Shown piece by piece: positions 8,901 to 17,565 of a DNA stretch of 61,802 bases. The translations under genes were made by a program, and so were the position numbers. The notes below the pieces were generated by a model. It did no database searches and was not told where the DNA came from. It saw only the letters and a list, made by a program, of their open reading frames with translations. The number at the start of each line of letters is the position of its first letter. Within the stretch, counting starts at the first letter, position 1. The stretch is from NCBI GenBank assembly GCA_900551105.1, contig URUT01000002.1:1-61802 (forward strand), written 5' to 3'. This DNA comes from an uncultured Mycoplasmatota bacterium. Its GTDB lineage: Bacteria; Bacillota_I; Bacilli_A; RF39; UBA660.

Positions 8901-9257
8901 AGCTAAACTTCTTGCAGCAACATGTATTACTCCTGGTAGCATTTCTCCAGCCATTTTATACATATTTGGTATCATTAATAAAAGCCCTTGGCTTGCTGTA
9001 AACGTACTAGCAAGAACTCCAGCATTTAAAGCCCCATGCATAGCTCCAGCCGCACCAGCCTCACTTTGCATTTGAATAGTTTTAACACTATCATCAAAAA
9101 TATTTAATTTCTTACTGCTTAACAAATCTATTTGACTAGCCATTACACTTGATGGTGTAATTGGATATATAAAACACATATCACTAAAATTATATGCCAT
9201 TGAAGCACAAGCTAAATTTCCATCTACAACCTTCATTTTATCCCATCTTTCTAACAT
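5934..9257 (-). CDS. nifJ: Pyruvate:ferredoxin (flavodoxin) oxidoreductase (PFOR)
   Basis: 1107 aa with 'IYPITPSS', two 4Fe-4S motifs (CIECGMCSIVCP, CTGCGLCLEICP) and the TPP-binding 'GGDGWAYDIGFGGLDH'. The real start may be the second ATG at 9236 (MKVVDGN...). Confidence 0.95.
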   Translation of the reverse strand: MLERWDKMKVVDGNLACASMAYNFSDMCFIYPITPSSVMASQIDLLSSKKLNIFDDSVKTIQMQSEAGAAGAMHGALNAGVLASTFTASQGLLLMIPNMYKMAGEMLPGVIHVAARSLATHALSIFGDHQDIYATRGTGFCILASTNVQDAYNLALVAHLSAIKASLPFLHFFDGFRTSHEYNQINEIAEDKIKELIDYDAVKKFRNRALNSGKAITKGTAQNEDVYFQFAEAKNKDYDLTADIVNDYMKKINKITKENYKPFNYYGSKNASKIIVAMGSVCDTIKTVIDLCDNKDYGLVEVHLYRPFSEKFLKNVIPSTAKKIAVLDRSKEAGSLGEPLYLDVCAALKDFKLEICHGRYGLSSKNTTPNDIYDIYKMLDNELKKSFVVGITDDITKLSLVHYEKNFVTHYKELQIYGFGSDGMVSASKDILKILGTNQYVQGYFEYDSKKSGGVTISHLRLAKKLIKAPYYVTHPKIVVVSKDEYFHKFKMLDNIEENGILVVNTDKNQERFNKFISSSDKARLLQKKINVYLIDASSLATKYGISGKISLIMEAVILNLLNIKDYENLLIQKIKERFYTKGANIVNANVNSVKESKYLLNKIIIDHQETFDLKVKNDFLDILNSRLGGDLTTKDVYNFRDGSMHGGTSAFEKRNMSLLCAKWNKDKCIECGMCSIVCPHAVIRPFILDKKNNYSEYAKDEINGKNKFMISISEEDCTGCGLCLEICPTKCLTFGEKDKKLQKVANDLFNNYENPKTEVSNIKTSQLQKPLFEFSGACAGCGETPYIKLLTQVVGEKLVIANATGCSSIYGASCPSMPYKVSWGNSLFEDNAEYGYGLLLSYENLRNRVLEQLKNNKKADKYYAFVKNNFNDYQKIKSKKTEIERFVSKDLRDFITPKSVWTIGGDGWAYDIGFGGLDHVLSSNKNAKILVLDTEVYSNTGGQSSKSTHIGAVAEFANLGKRTYKKDLFKLAMNYPNVYVASISLGANMMQAINVFKEAEAHEGPAIVIAYSPCIEQGIYGGMKNSISEEKRAVECGYVLLMRYNNGVLSMDSSEPNFDKYIDFLEQEVRYSALEIKDKKLAKDLFQKNKEYAINRYSYYKNLINK

Positions 9258-9301
9258 AATTATAGTATAGTTATATTAGAAAAAGCAAATAAAAACAATA
9301 C

Positions 9302-9658
9302 TTATATTTTTTCAAAAAGTATTGTTTTACTATTTTCGTAAACGTAGATATTAACATTTTTATTATTTAATAATTTTTCTAAAAATATTTCATAAGTCAT
9401 CCCTGCTAAAATAAAATTGCCATTCGTAGGTATATTAATTTTTTTATTACCATCATATAAGTTCTTCCCACTTACAAATAACATATTTTCTTCAAACAAA
9501 GATTTAACATTTACAAAATTAACTTCTAAAACATTCATATTTTTAAATAACGAAATAAATAGATATCTTTCTAATGGCGTAATTTTTTTAAAACATAACA
9601 CATTAATTCTAACCTTAAATATTCCATTACCTAAATGATATTTATTAAACAAGTTCAC
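9302..9658 (-). CDS. Hypothetical protein; N-terminus probably longer than the ORF call
   Basis: 118-aa ORF starting at a GTG with no SD. The frame stays open a further 53 codons upstream, to 9817 (see findings). Confidence 0.4.
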   Translation of the reverse strand: MNLFNKYHLGNGIFKVRINVLCFKKITPLERYLFISLFKNMNVLEVNFVNVKSLFEENMLFVSGKNLYDGNKKINIPTNGNFILAGMTYEIFLEKLLNNKNVNIYVYENSKTILFEKI

Positions 9659-9804
9659 TATTACTTTTTTTAATTTTAAGTAATCGTAAATGTTATTATC
9701 AACAATAATATTATTTTTAATCTCTTCAGATATTAATTTTTTGGTTTTATGATTATAAACATTTATAAATTCATCAGTAAATTCAAATGTATAAATAATC
9801 TCAC

Positions 9805-10440
9805 CTAAGATAATTCTTTAACATTCATACCAAATATATTTTCAGGATTTACAAATGTTCCATTATGTTCTACTTCAAAAAGCAACATATAATCATAAGT
9901 ACTGTCTATTTTATTTTCACCAGCTGTTCCAATAACATCACCTTTTTTTAAGGCATCTCCAACCATAACATTAACCTCATTAATACTTTCATATCTAGAA
10001 ATTAAGTTATTAGTATGTTTTATAGTAACAATATTACCAATTAGTTCATCAGCAACTATACTTTCAACAGTTCCATCAGCTACTGATATAACATCAAAAC
10101 TATTTTTAGCTCCATACAATACCCCAGTATTTGGCATATATGTATTTTCATAATAAATTAATGCTTGTTCCTGTGTTTTACTTTCAGCATCCTTCTCATA
10201 GAATCCTTTTACAACTGATACCTCTTCTAATGTAAATGGTTTTATTATTTTTTCATCAGCAGAACTATTTACCACAGCAGTACTTCTTATCAAATCATGA
10301 TAGATGTATGAAAGATTGGTATCATCATATAAAGAAGATTTCAAAACCTTTCCAACTAAATACAAACTTGAAACTATTGCTCCCACGGCAAGTAAATAAA
10401 CACTTATTACAACCCAACTTTTTAACCTATATTTTTTCAT
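9805..10440 (-). CDS. Membrane-anchored degenerate LytM/M23 protein, SpoIIQ-like
   Basis: 211 aa with an N-terminal TM segment and a C-terminal M23 fold. The HxH motif is replaced ('MLLFEVEHNG' instead of HLHFE), as in non-catalytic SpoIIQ. It lies directly downstream of spoIID. Confidence 0.6.
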   Translation of the reverse strand: MKKYRLKSWVVISVYLLAVGAIVSSLYLVGKVLKSSLYDDTNLSYIYHDLIRSTAVVNSSADEKIIKPFTLEEVSVVKGFYEKDAESKTQEQALIYYENTYMPNTGVLYGAKNSFDVISVADGTVESIVADELIGNIVTIKHTNNLISRYESINEVNVMVGDALKKGDVIGTAGENKIDSTYDYMLLFEVEHNGTFVNPENIFGMNVKELS

Positions 10441-10487
10441 TTCGCACCTTCCTAATAAAAGTGTGAGTAAAAAAATCTAAATTATAC

Positions 10488-11366
10488 TTATAAATTTACT
10501 AATTTTGTATTTTTATAATAATATGCAAGTATTTCTTTATACGATTTTCCGCTTTTTGCTAATTCATTAGCACCATATTGACTCATTCCTACCCCGTGCC
10601 CATATCCTCTAGTAATTATATTAAAATTTTCACCAACTTGTTTTATTTCAAAATCAGTAGATCTTAAATTTAATAGTTTTCTAACCTCTATTCCAGAAAA
10701 CTCTTTACCACCTATAATTATTGAACTTGTATGTTTAGTCTCACTAATTTGTTGATTTTCAATATTCAGATTATCAACTCCTAGTTTTTCTAATAGTTCA
10801 CTTTTACTAAATTCTTTAACTATCTCAAAATTAGACAAACTAATCTCAAAAGGCGATTCCACACTTTGAGTTAAATCCTCTCCAAAAACGTCTTTAGAAT
10901 TTTCTGTATAGCCATTACTCATAGAAAAATAAAATGCTTTTAATATTTTATTATCTTTAGTTAATACTTCCCCAGTGGTCTTTTTAACGGCATTTAATAT
11001 TTTATTATAGTATTCATCATAATCATTTTGCCATTTTTCTTTCATCTCATAACTAGTCAAAAAAACTTGATCACTAGTTGAAGCACTAACCTCATAATTA
11101 CCATCTTTTTCCTTGCTTAAAACATAACTTCTCGCCGCTACCGCTTGTGCCTTTAATGCTTCATCTTGAAACAAAGCTGGCATTTCTCCCGCTACAACCC
11201 CAATAACATAATTCTCTAAATCTAAATATAGATTTTTTTCTTTCACATTTATAATTACAGTATTATGTTTTGGTTTCTCACTAAAAAAAACAGCTTTCTT
11301 CTTTAAAAGAAAACTGCAAATACTAATTGGTAACAAAAATAATATTATTAAAATTAGTTTTTTCAT
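10488..11366 (-). CDS. spoIID: Stage II sporulation protein D (lytic transglycosylase)
   Basis: 292 aa with a signal/TM segment, 'ALKAQAVAARSY', 'AFYFSMSNGYTE' and 'GYGHGVGMSQYGA'. Confidence 0.9.
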   Translation of the reverse strand: MKKLILIILFLLPISICSFLLKKKAVFFSEKPKHNTVIINVKEKNLYLDLENYVIGVVAGEMPALFQDEALKAQAVAARSYVLSKEKDGNYEVSASTSDQVFLTSYEMKEKWQNDYDEYYNKILNAVKKTTGEVLTKDNKILKAFYFSMSNGYTENSKDVFGEDLTQSVESPFEISLSNFEIVKEFSKSELLEKLGVDNLNIENQQISETKHTSSIIIGGKEFSGIEVRKLLNLRSTDFEIKQVGENFNIITRGYGHGVGMSQYGANELAKSGKSYKEILAYYYKNTKLVNL

Positions 11367-11374
11367 TTAAGCTC

Positions 11375-11569
11375 CTATATAATTGTACTTATACTTAAAA
11401 ATTCAATAATAAAACTACCAAATAAATACCCCATAATAAAACTTATAACAACTATAAACATTCTAGCTTCCCATATATGATTCTTTTTAAAAAAATTGTT
11501 AAAGTTAATTCCCGAAACTATAAAAATACTCATTAAAATAGATAAAATATATATTATCGTTTTATACAT
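11375..11569 (-). CDS. Small two-TM membrane protein, DUF1146/YwzB-like
   Basis: 'FFKKNHIWEARMFIVVISFIMGY' resembles B. subtilis YwzB. I prefer the ATG at 11569 (GGAG 7 nt upstream) over the ORF-track start at 11581. Confidence 0.5.
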   Translation of the reverse strand: MYKTIIYILSILMSIFIVSGINFNNFFKKNHIWEARMFIVVISFIMGYLFGSFIIEFLSISTII

Positions 11570-12014
11570 TATATTCTCCATTTTCGTATTTATTAATTAT
11601 ATCAACTCTGCGACGATGTCTCTCTTCTTTACTAAACTGAGTAGTAATAAAAATATCTACCATTTTTAATATATCATTAACTCTATTATTCTTTCCAATT
11701 GCCATTACATTTGCATTATTATGTTTTCTAGCTAAAGAAGCCTCATTTACATTAGTTACATGTGCACATCTTATTCCTTTTACTTTATTAGCAGCAATAC
11801 TCATACCAATACCAGTTCCGCAAACTAAGATTCCCAAATCAGCTTCATTATCATTTAAAACTTTACATAAATCAAATGCAATATTTGGATAATCATCCAC
11901 AGCAGAATTAGTTGGACTTACATCAACAACCTCATAACCGCTACTCTTTAAAAAACTTAGAATTTCCCTTTTTACTTCTACTCCATTATGGTCTGTACCA
12001 ATTGCTATTTTCAT
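11562..12014 (-). CDS. rpiB: Ribose-5-phosphate isomerase B
   Basis: 'MKIAIGTDHNG' and 'CGTGIGMSIAANKVKGIRCA'. The ATG at 12014 follows GGTGGTG; the ORF-track GTG start at 12026 is probably the SD region. Confidence 0.9.
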   Translation of the reverse strand: MKIAIGTDHNGVEVKREILSFLKSSGYEVVDVSPTNSAVDDYPNIAFDLCKVLNDNEADLGILVCGTGIGMSIAANKVKGIRCAHVTNVNEASLARKHNNANVMAIGKNNRVNDILKMVDIFITTQFSKEERHRRRVDIINKYENGEYNV

Positions 12015-12079
12015 AAACACCACCACTTAAATTCTACCATTTATTTACCTTTATTTCAAATAAAAACTAAGAATTTATC

Positions 12080-12286
12080 TTAGTCTAAATTATATTTCTT
12101 ATTAAATTTATCTACTGCACCAGTCTTCTTATGTTTTCCTTGTGCTCCAGTATAAAATGGATGGCAAGCACTGCAAGTATCAACAGTAAAACTATCACTC
12201 TTAATTGTTGAAATTGCTTCAAATTCATTACCACAAACACATTTAAAAACAACTTTTTTAGATTCTGGATGTAAACCCTTTTTCAT
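12080..12286 (-). CDS. rpmE: 50S ribosomal protein L31
   Basis: 68 aa: 'MKKGLHPE...VCGNEF...CSACHPFYTG'. Confidence 0.95.
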   Translation of the reverse strand: MKKGLHPESKKVVFKCVCGNEFEAISTIKSDSFTVDTCSACHPFYTGAQGKHKKTGAVDKFNKKYNLD

Positions 12287-12372
12287 TTTGCATCTCCTTC
12301 CGCCATGACTTAATTCAAGCCATAGAAATTCGTTTCTTATGTATTATATCATACTTTTTAAATAATTCAAGT

Positions 12373-13629
12373 TTATTCATCTACTAATTCAATTTTTGCA
12401 CCAACACTTGATAGTTTTTCAACTATTTTTTCATAACCCCTCAAAATATGTTCTATGTTAACTATTTTAGTAGTTCCTTCAGCAATCATTCCTGCCACAA
12501 GCATAGCAGCACCTGCTCTAAGATCTGTTGCCTCCACTTCTCTGCCTATTAAATTACTTTTACCAGCAATAATTGCACTTCTATCAAAAAGCCTTATATT
12601 AGCTCCCATCGCATTTAAATATTTAATATGTCTCATTCTATTTTCATAAATAGTTTCCTCAAAAAGAGATTCTCCTTCACACTGCGTTAAAAGAGTACTC
12701 ATTGGTTGTCCTAAATCTGTTGGAAATCCAGGATAAACTAAAGTCTTTACATTTACTGGCTTTAAATGATCAACTTTATTAACAACAACAGTTGTACCAT
12801 CTATTATTATATCACAGCCTGCTTCTTTTAATTTAGTAAATACGGCTTCCAAATGATCCTTTAACACACCTTCTATAACCAAATTTTTTCCCAATAAACT
12901 TCCTATCATTAAATATGTTCCAGCTTCAATCCTATCAGGTATAACCTCTACTATACCATCACCTAATTTTGTGGCACCCTCTATTGTAATATGACTTGTT
13001 CCAGCGCCATACACTTTAGCACCCATGGTTGCCAAAAAAGAAGCTACATTCACAATTTCTGGTTCTTTAGCCGCATTATATATATTAGTTATCCCTTTAG
13101 CTTTAACAGCTGCAAACATTAAATTTAAAGTTGCACCAACACTTGCAAAATCCAAAAAAATATCACTACCAACTAATTCTTTAGCAGAAGCAATATACTT
13201 TTTATTTTCTACAACACTAATTTTAGCTCCTAACTTTTCAAAACCATTTAAATGAAAGTTAATAGGTCTTGATCCAATAGAGCATCCGCCTGGATAAGAA
13301 ATTTCCGCATATCCATACTTAGCAAGTAATACCCCCATAAAATAATAAGAAGCTCTTAATTTAGTCGCATTTTCTTCATCAATCTCCGCATTTTTTGAAT
13401 TAGTATTATCAATATACAAAGTCTCATCTTTAAATTCTATTTTTGAACCTAAAGCCTCCATCATACTAATAAGTCTAGGAACATCACTAATATTTGGAAC
13501 ATTATAAATAACACACTTACCATCAGTAAGCATAGCAGCTGGAATTAAAGCAACAACACTGTTTTTAGCACCACCTATTTTTATAGTTCCTGATAACTCA
13601 TGATTTCCCTCAATAATTAATTTTTTCAT
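12373..13629 (-). CDS. murA: UDP-N-acetylglucosamine 1-carboxyvinyltransferase
   Basis: 418 aa: 'GGAKNSVVALIPAA', active-site 'GGCSIGSRPI', 'LRGYE'. Confidence 0.95.
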   Translation of the reverse strand: MKKLIIEGNHELSGTIKIGGAKNSVVALIPAAMLTDGKCVIYNVPNISDVPRLISMMEALGSKIEFKDETLYIDNTNSKNAEIDEENATKLRASYYFMGVLLAKYGYAEISYPGGCSIGSRPINFHLNGFEKLGAKISVVENKKYIASAKELVGSDIFLDFASVGATLNLMFAAVKAKGITNIYNAAKEPEIVNVASFLATMGAKVYGAGTSHITIEGATKLGDGIVEVIPDRIEAGTYLMIGSLLGKNLVIEGVLKDHLEAVFTKLKEAGCDIIIDGTTVVVNKVDHLKPVNVKTLVYPGFPTDLGQPMSTLLTQCEGESLFEETIYENRMRHIKYLNAMGANIRLFDRSAIIAGKSNLIGREVEATDLRAGAAMLVAGMIAEGTTKIVNIEHILRGYEKIVEKLSSVGAKIELVDE

Positions 13630-13690
13630 TTTATCCTCTCATTACATAGTTACTCAATATTAATATATAATTAATAATTTTTTTTAGCAA

Positions 13691-14227
13691 CTAATTAAAT
13701 ATTATTTGACAAATATTTACAATTGTCATAATTCCCAGCAAAGTTATTCCCAAAATATACGCCTTATCCTTTAAAAACTTTACAGAATACTTTCCAAGCA
13801 ATAATCCAATATAAGTAATAAAACCCGCACAAATGCTAAACATTAATGAACTTGCAAGATATTTTTCTGTTATAGATAAAAGTCCTAACCCAACAGTAAA
13901 ACTATCTATACTAACGCTTAAAGCTAGTAGTAATATACTAATAACATTTGTAATAATTACTTTTTTTTCTTTTTTTCGTTCCAATATAAACGTTATAATC
14001 AAATAAAGAAACACTATTACCATAATTATTTTTGGATTAAAATCTAATAAATTAACTAATAAATCTCCACACTTAACGCCCATAAGTGGCATAAAAAAAT
14101 GAAATACCGCTATCAATGAAGGAATTAAAAATAACTTAAATTTAGATAATTTCTGCATTCCTAAATTAATAGCTACCGAAAAAGCATCCATACTTAAAGC
14201 TATACCAATAAAAAAAATACTTAACAT
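13691..14227 (-). CDS. mntP: MntP/YtaF-family (DUF204) membrane protein, putative Mn efflux pump
   Basis: 178 aa with six TM segments and duplicated 'SMDAFSV'/'SIDSFTV' motifs. Confidence 0.7.
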   Translation of the reverse strand: MLSIFFIGIALSMDAFSVAINLGMQKLSKFKLFLIPSLIAVFHFFMPLMGVKCGDLLVNLLDFNPKIIMVIVFLYLIITFILERKKEKKVIITNVISILLLALSVSIDSFTVGLGLLSITEKYLASSLMFSICAGFITYIGLLLGKYSVKFLKDKAYILGITLLGIMTIVNICQIIFN

Positions 14228-14248
14228 TTAGCCTCCTAGTTAAGTATA

Positions 14249-14782
14249 TTATTTAAATTTTTCAATTATTCTATTTATAAAAAACTTATATTCAACATCA
14301 CTTGTTGTTTCATTATCTTGCACTAAACAAAGCGGAGGAAACAAAACACACCACCAATTACTGCCCCCACCTGTTCCAATTGTAACCACTAAAGAATTAT
14401 AATATCCTCCATCATAAACAACGCCTTTATATACTTTACTAGGAAAATAATTAAGTCCGTAATTAATATCAAAATTATTTGAATTTAAATATTCTTTAGT
14501 AATTTTCTTTAACTGATCTAACTCATTAACTACTATCTTTTCGGCATCATTAACATTTTCTGCTTTTTCAATTTTTTTATATAAATAATCTTCTAGTAAT
14601 GTTTTTAATTCTAATTTTTTTTGGATATCCGCACTATCATTACTATTACTAACTATTCTAAATCTTATAGAACTAAGTGGAATTTCCACATTTTCATCAT
14701 CAGTATATTTTCCATAACAAGCAATCATCACAAATATTGCTGTAATTATTAAAATTTTCTTAATAAAAAAGCCACCTTTCAT
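14249..14782 (-). CDS. spoIIR: Stage II sporulation protein R
   Basis: 177 aa with a signal anchor, 'IRFRIVSNSNDSADIQKKLELK' and 'NWWCVLFPPLC'. Confidence 0.9.
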   Translation of the reverse strand: MKGGFFIKKILIITAIFVMIACYGKYTDDENVEIPLSSIRFRIVSNSNDSADIQKKLELKTLLEDYLYKKIEKAENVNDAEKIVVNELDQLKKITKEYLNSNNFDINYGLNYFPSKVYKGVVYDGGYYNSLVVTIGTGGGSNWWCVLFPPLCLVQDNETTSDVEYKFFINRIIEKFK

Positions 14783-14809
14783 AAATACATTGGGTAGCTT
14801 TTATATTAT

Positions 14810-15544
14810 TTATTCACTAATTACAAATAAGTATCTATCTTTTCCAGTTAAATCCTTATCTAATACAATTTTTTTTCTAGGAAAATGTTCTTTAGCTAAT
14901 TTTTTTATCTTATCGCCATTTTCTTCATCTATTTCTAATGCAATTAAAAACTTTTTATTTAATACTTTCTTAGCTATCTCAAATATTTTTGGATAAAAAA
15001 GCATTCCATCTTCACCACCAAACAAAGCTATTTGTGGTTCATATTTAGTTTTCTCATCTATTACATCATTTGTTTTTAAATAAGGTGGATTACTAATTAA
15101 AATATCATAATTATTATCTAATTTACATTTTAAAATATTGTTCTTTATAAAATTTATTTTGCATTTATTCAATCTTGCATTCTTTCTAGCAATTTTAAGA
15201 GCCTTAAGACTAATATCCATTGCCGTAACTTCTAAATTAGGTAACTCTTTTTTTAAAGCTATACTAATACAACCAGAACCAGTTCCAAGTTCTAAAACAG
15301 ATGAACTATCTAGTCCTAATTTTTTAATATAATCAATAGTTTTTTCTAATAAAGTTTCTGTTTCAAATCTAGGAATTAATACATCTTTATTAACAAAAAA
15401 TTTATAACCGTAAAAATCTACATTTCCAATTAAATACTGTATAGGATAATTATTTTGAATCTTTCTAACAGCATAATCTAAATTATGATATTTTTGCTCT
15501 AACAAACGCCAATCATTAATATTTATAAAATCTGGTCTTTTCAT
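14810..15544 (-). CDS. prmC: Release-factor glutamine N5-methyltransferase (short N-domain)
   Basis: 244 aa with SAM motif '[10 protein letters not shown]' and 'SNPPY'. It overlaps the prfA stop by 4 nt. Confidence 0.85.
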   Translation of the reverse strand: MKRPDFININDWRLLEQKYHNLDYAVRKIQNNYPIQYLIGNVDFYGYKFFVNKDVLIPRFETETLLEKTIDYIKKLGLDSSSVLELGTGSGCISIALKKELPNLEVTAMDISLKALKIARKNARLNKCKINFIKNNILKCKLDNNYDILISNPPYLKTNDVIDEKTKYEPQIALFGGEDGMLFYPKIFEIAKKVLNKKFLIALEIDEENGDKIKKLAKEHFPRKKIVLDKDLTGKDRYLFVISE

Positions 15545-16599
15545 TTTCCATTTTCCATCTTAATTCTAGTATCTTCAGCTATCAAAGCCTCTATTATTGG
15601 GTCTAAATTACCATCCATAACTCTATCAAGTTCCATTACACTAAAGTTTATACGATGATCCGTAACTCTATTTTGAGGATAATTATATGTTCTTATTTTT
15701 TCAGAGCGATCGCCAGTTCCAATCATATTTTTTCTAACTGAGCCAGTTTCAGCATTTTGCTTTTGTTGTTCCATATCATATATTCTTGATTTTAACACAA
15801 TCATTGCTCTTGCTTTATTTTTAATTTGGCTTCTTTCATTTTGACAAGTAACTACAATACCTGTTGGAATATGCGTAAGTCTTACTGCACTATCAGTAGT
15901 ATTTACTCCTTGACCACCTTTACCACTTGAGCGATATACATCAACTCTTACATCTTCTGGTTTAATTTCAACATCAATATCTTCAACCTCAGGCATAACT
16001 AAAACTGTTGCCGTAGATGTATGAATTCTTCCTTGTGTCTCAGTCTCAGGTACTCTCTGAACTCTATGAACACCACTTTCATATTTTAACTTAGAATATA
16101 CATTGTCTCCTTTAATTGAAAATTCAATTTGTGAAAAACCACCACTTGTTCCTTCTTCTTCACGGTTTATTTCAATTTTCCAATTATATTTTTCTGCATA
16201 TTTACTATACATCCTAAATAAATCACCAGCAAAAATATTAGCTTCATCTCCACCTGCAGCTCCACGAATTTCCATAATAATATCTTTACCATCATTTTCA
16301 TCTTTAGGTAAAAGTAATATCTCTATCTCACTTAATAACTGATTAAGTCTCTCTTTCTTTTCATCTATTTCCGCAATCGCAATATCATGCATCTCAGGAT
16401 CATTTACTAAAGTTTTAAGATCTGTTATCTCTTTTTCTAAATTTAAATATTCATCATATTTTAGCACTACTTCTTCAATTGAACTTTTCTCTTTAGAAAG
16501 TTTTTTTTGGATACTAAAATCACTTAAAACCTCCGGCTTTAATAATTCTTCATTTATCTCATTATATCTACTTTTTAATAATTCTAATCTTTCTATCAT
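15541..16599 (-). CDS. prfA: Peptide chain release factor 1
   Basis: 352 aa with the RF1-specific 'PET' tripeptide ([12 protein letters not shown]) and 'SGKGGQGVN'. Confidence 0.95.
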   Translation of the reverse strand: MIERLELLKSRYNEINEELLKPEVLSDFSIQKKLSKEKSSIEEVVLKYDEYLNLEKEITDLKTLVNDPEMHDIAIAEIDEKKERLNQLLSEIEILLLPKDENDGKDIIMEIRGAAGGDEANIFAGDLFRMYSKYAEKYNWKIEINREEEGTSGGFSQIEFSIKGDNVYSKLKYESGVHRVQRVPETETQGRIHTSTATVLVMPEVEDIDVEIKPEDVRVDVYRSSGKGGQGVNTTDSAVRLTHIPTGIVVTCQNERSQIKNKARAMIVLKSRIYDMEQQKQNAETGSVRKNMIGTGDRSEKIRTYNYPQNRVTDHRINFSVMELDRVMDGNLDPIIEALIAEDTRIKMENGK

Positions 16600-16636
16600 T
16601 CTAAAACCTCTTTCTTATATATTAAAAAAGCAAGCT

Positions 16637-17068
16637 TTAAAGCATATCCCCATCATTTTCCTCAGAATCATCAATAATTACTAAATCATCCAAATCATCA
16701 TCATTATCTAAATCATCTAAAGATTCATCATCATAATTATCTTCATTATTTAATTGACTATCATCAGTATCATCTTCAGTAGTTATTTCAAAGTCTTCAT
16801 CATAATCATCAATAATTACCTTTGTACTATGATTAATTTTTAAATCACAAAAACCACCATCTAAAATAATAAATCTCTTATCTGTAGTTATTAATTCAAA
16901 AAAATCACCAATAGAGCGCTCGTACTCTTCTTCTGGTAAATCCATAACTTTAATTACTTTTTTAAATAAATCTTGTATTTTTATTTTCTTTTTTTCATCT
17001 TGTAAAATTAAATATGCAACATCATCATATGATAAAGTTTCTTTTTCTTCATCAGTTAATTTAACCAT
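16637..17068 (-). CDS. rpoE: DNA-directed RNA polymerase delta subunit
   Basis: 143 aa with an N-terminal HARE-HTH-like domain ('SYDDVAYLIL...IGDFFELITTDKRFI') and a long Asp/Glu-rich C-terminal tail. Confidence 0.85.
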   Translation of the reverse strand: MVKLTDEEKETLSYDDVAYLILQDEKKKIKIQDLFKKVIKVMDLPEEEYERSIGDFFELITTDKRFIILDGGFCDLKINHSTKVIIDDYDEDFEITTEDDTDDSQLNNEDNYDDESLDDLDNDDDLDDLVIIDDSEENDGDML

Positions 17069-17181
17069 AAATAATCCTCCTCATAACCCCATTATATGAA
17101 ATAAATTCCAATTAAAGATGGGCTTTTTAAACATACATAATTTTATCATATAAATTACTATTGTCAATAAAAAAATATACC

Positions 17182-17499
17182 CTAATCAAAAGTTAAGACA
17201 ACTCTATTTTTTATTCTATCTTCACTTTCAATATTATAGTATATTTCTCTAGAATTAATACCATTAATTTTTCTTTCTACAACAATTTTTAAATTCAAAT
17301 GATAATCCTGTTCTTTGATAATTATCTCACTAGTACTATTTTGAAAATCTAAAAAATATCTGAAACTAGCATCCTCTCTTATCAAGGTATCATTAATCAT
17401 ATCATATACAATATTTCCAAAAACTAATAAATCATTATCAACCTTACCATCTACACTTAAAACTAACTCATTATCTTTATATAACTCTAACTTTGCCAT
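17182..17499 (-). CDS. Hypothetical protein (possibly DUF1934/YwiB-like)
   Basis: 105-aa ORF with a good SD (AGAGAGGT). There is only a weak resemblance to DUF1934. Confidence 0.35.
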   Translation of the reverse strand: MAKLELYKDNELVLSVDGKVDNDLLVFGNIVYDMINDTLIREDASFRYFLDFQNSTSEIIIKEQDYHLNLKIVVERKINGINSREIYYNIESEDRIKNRVVLTFD

Positions 17500-17565
17500 A
17501 CTTAACCTCTCTTACGTATTTTAGCATAAATCTAATGAAAATTACCATAATAATATCGGTGAACC

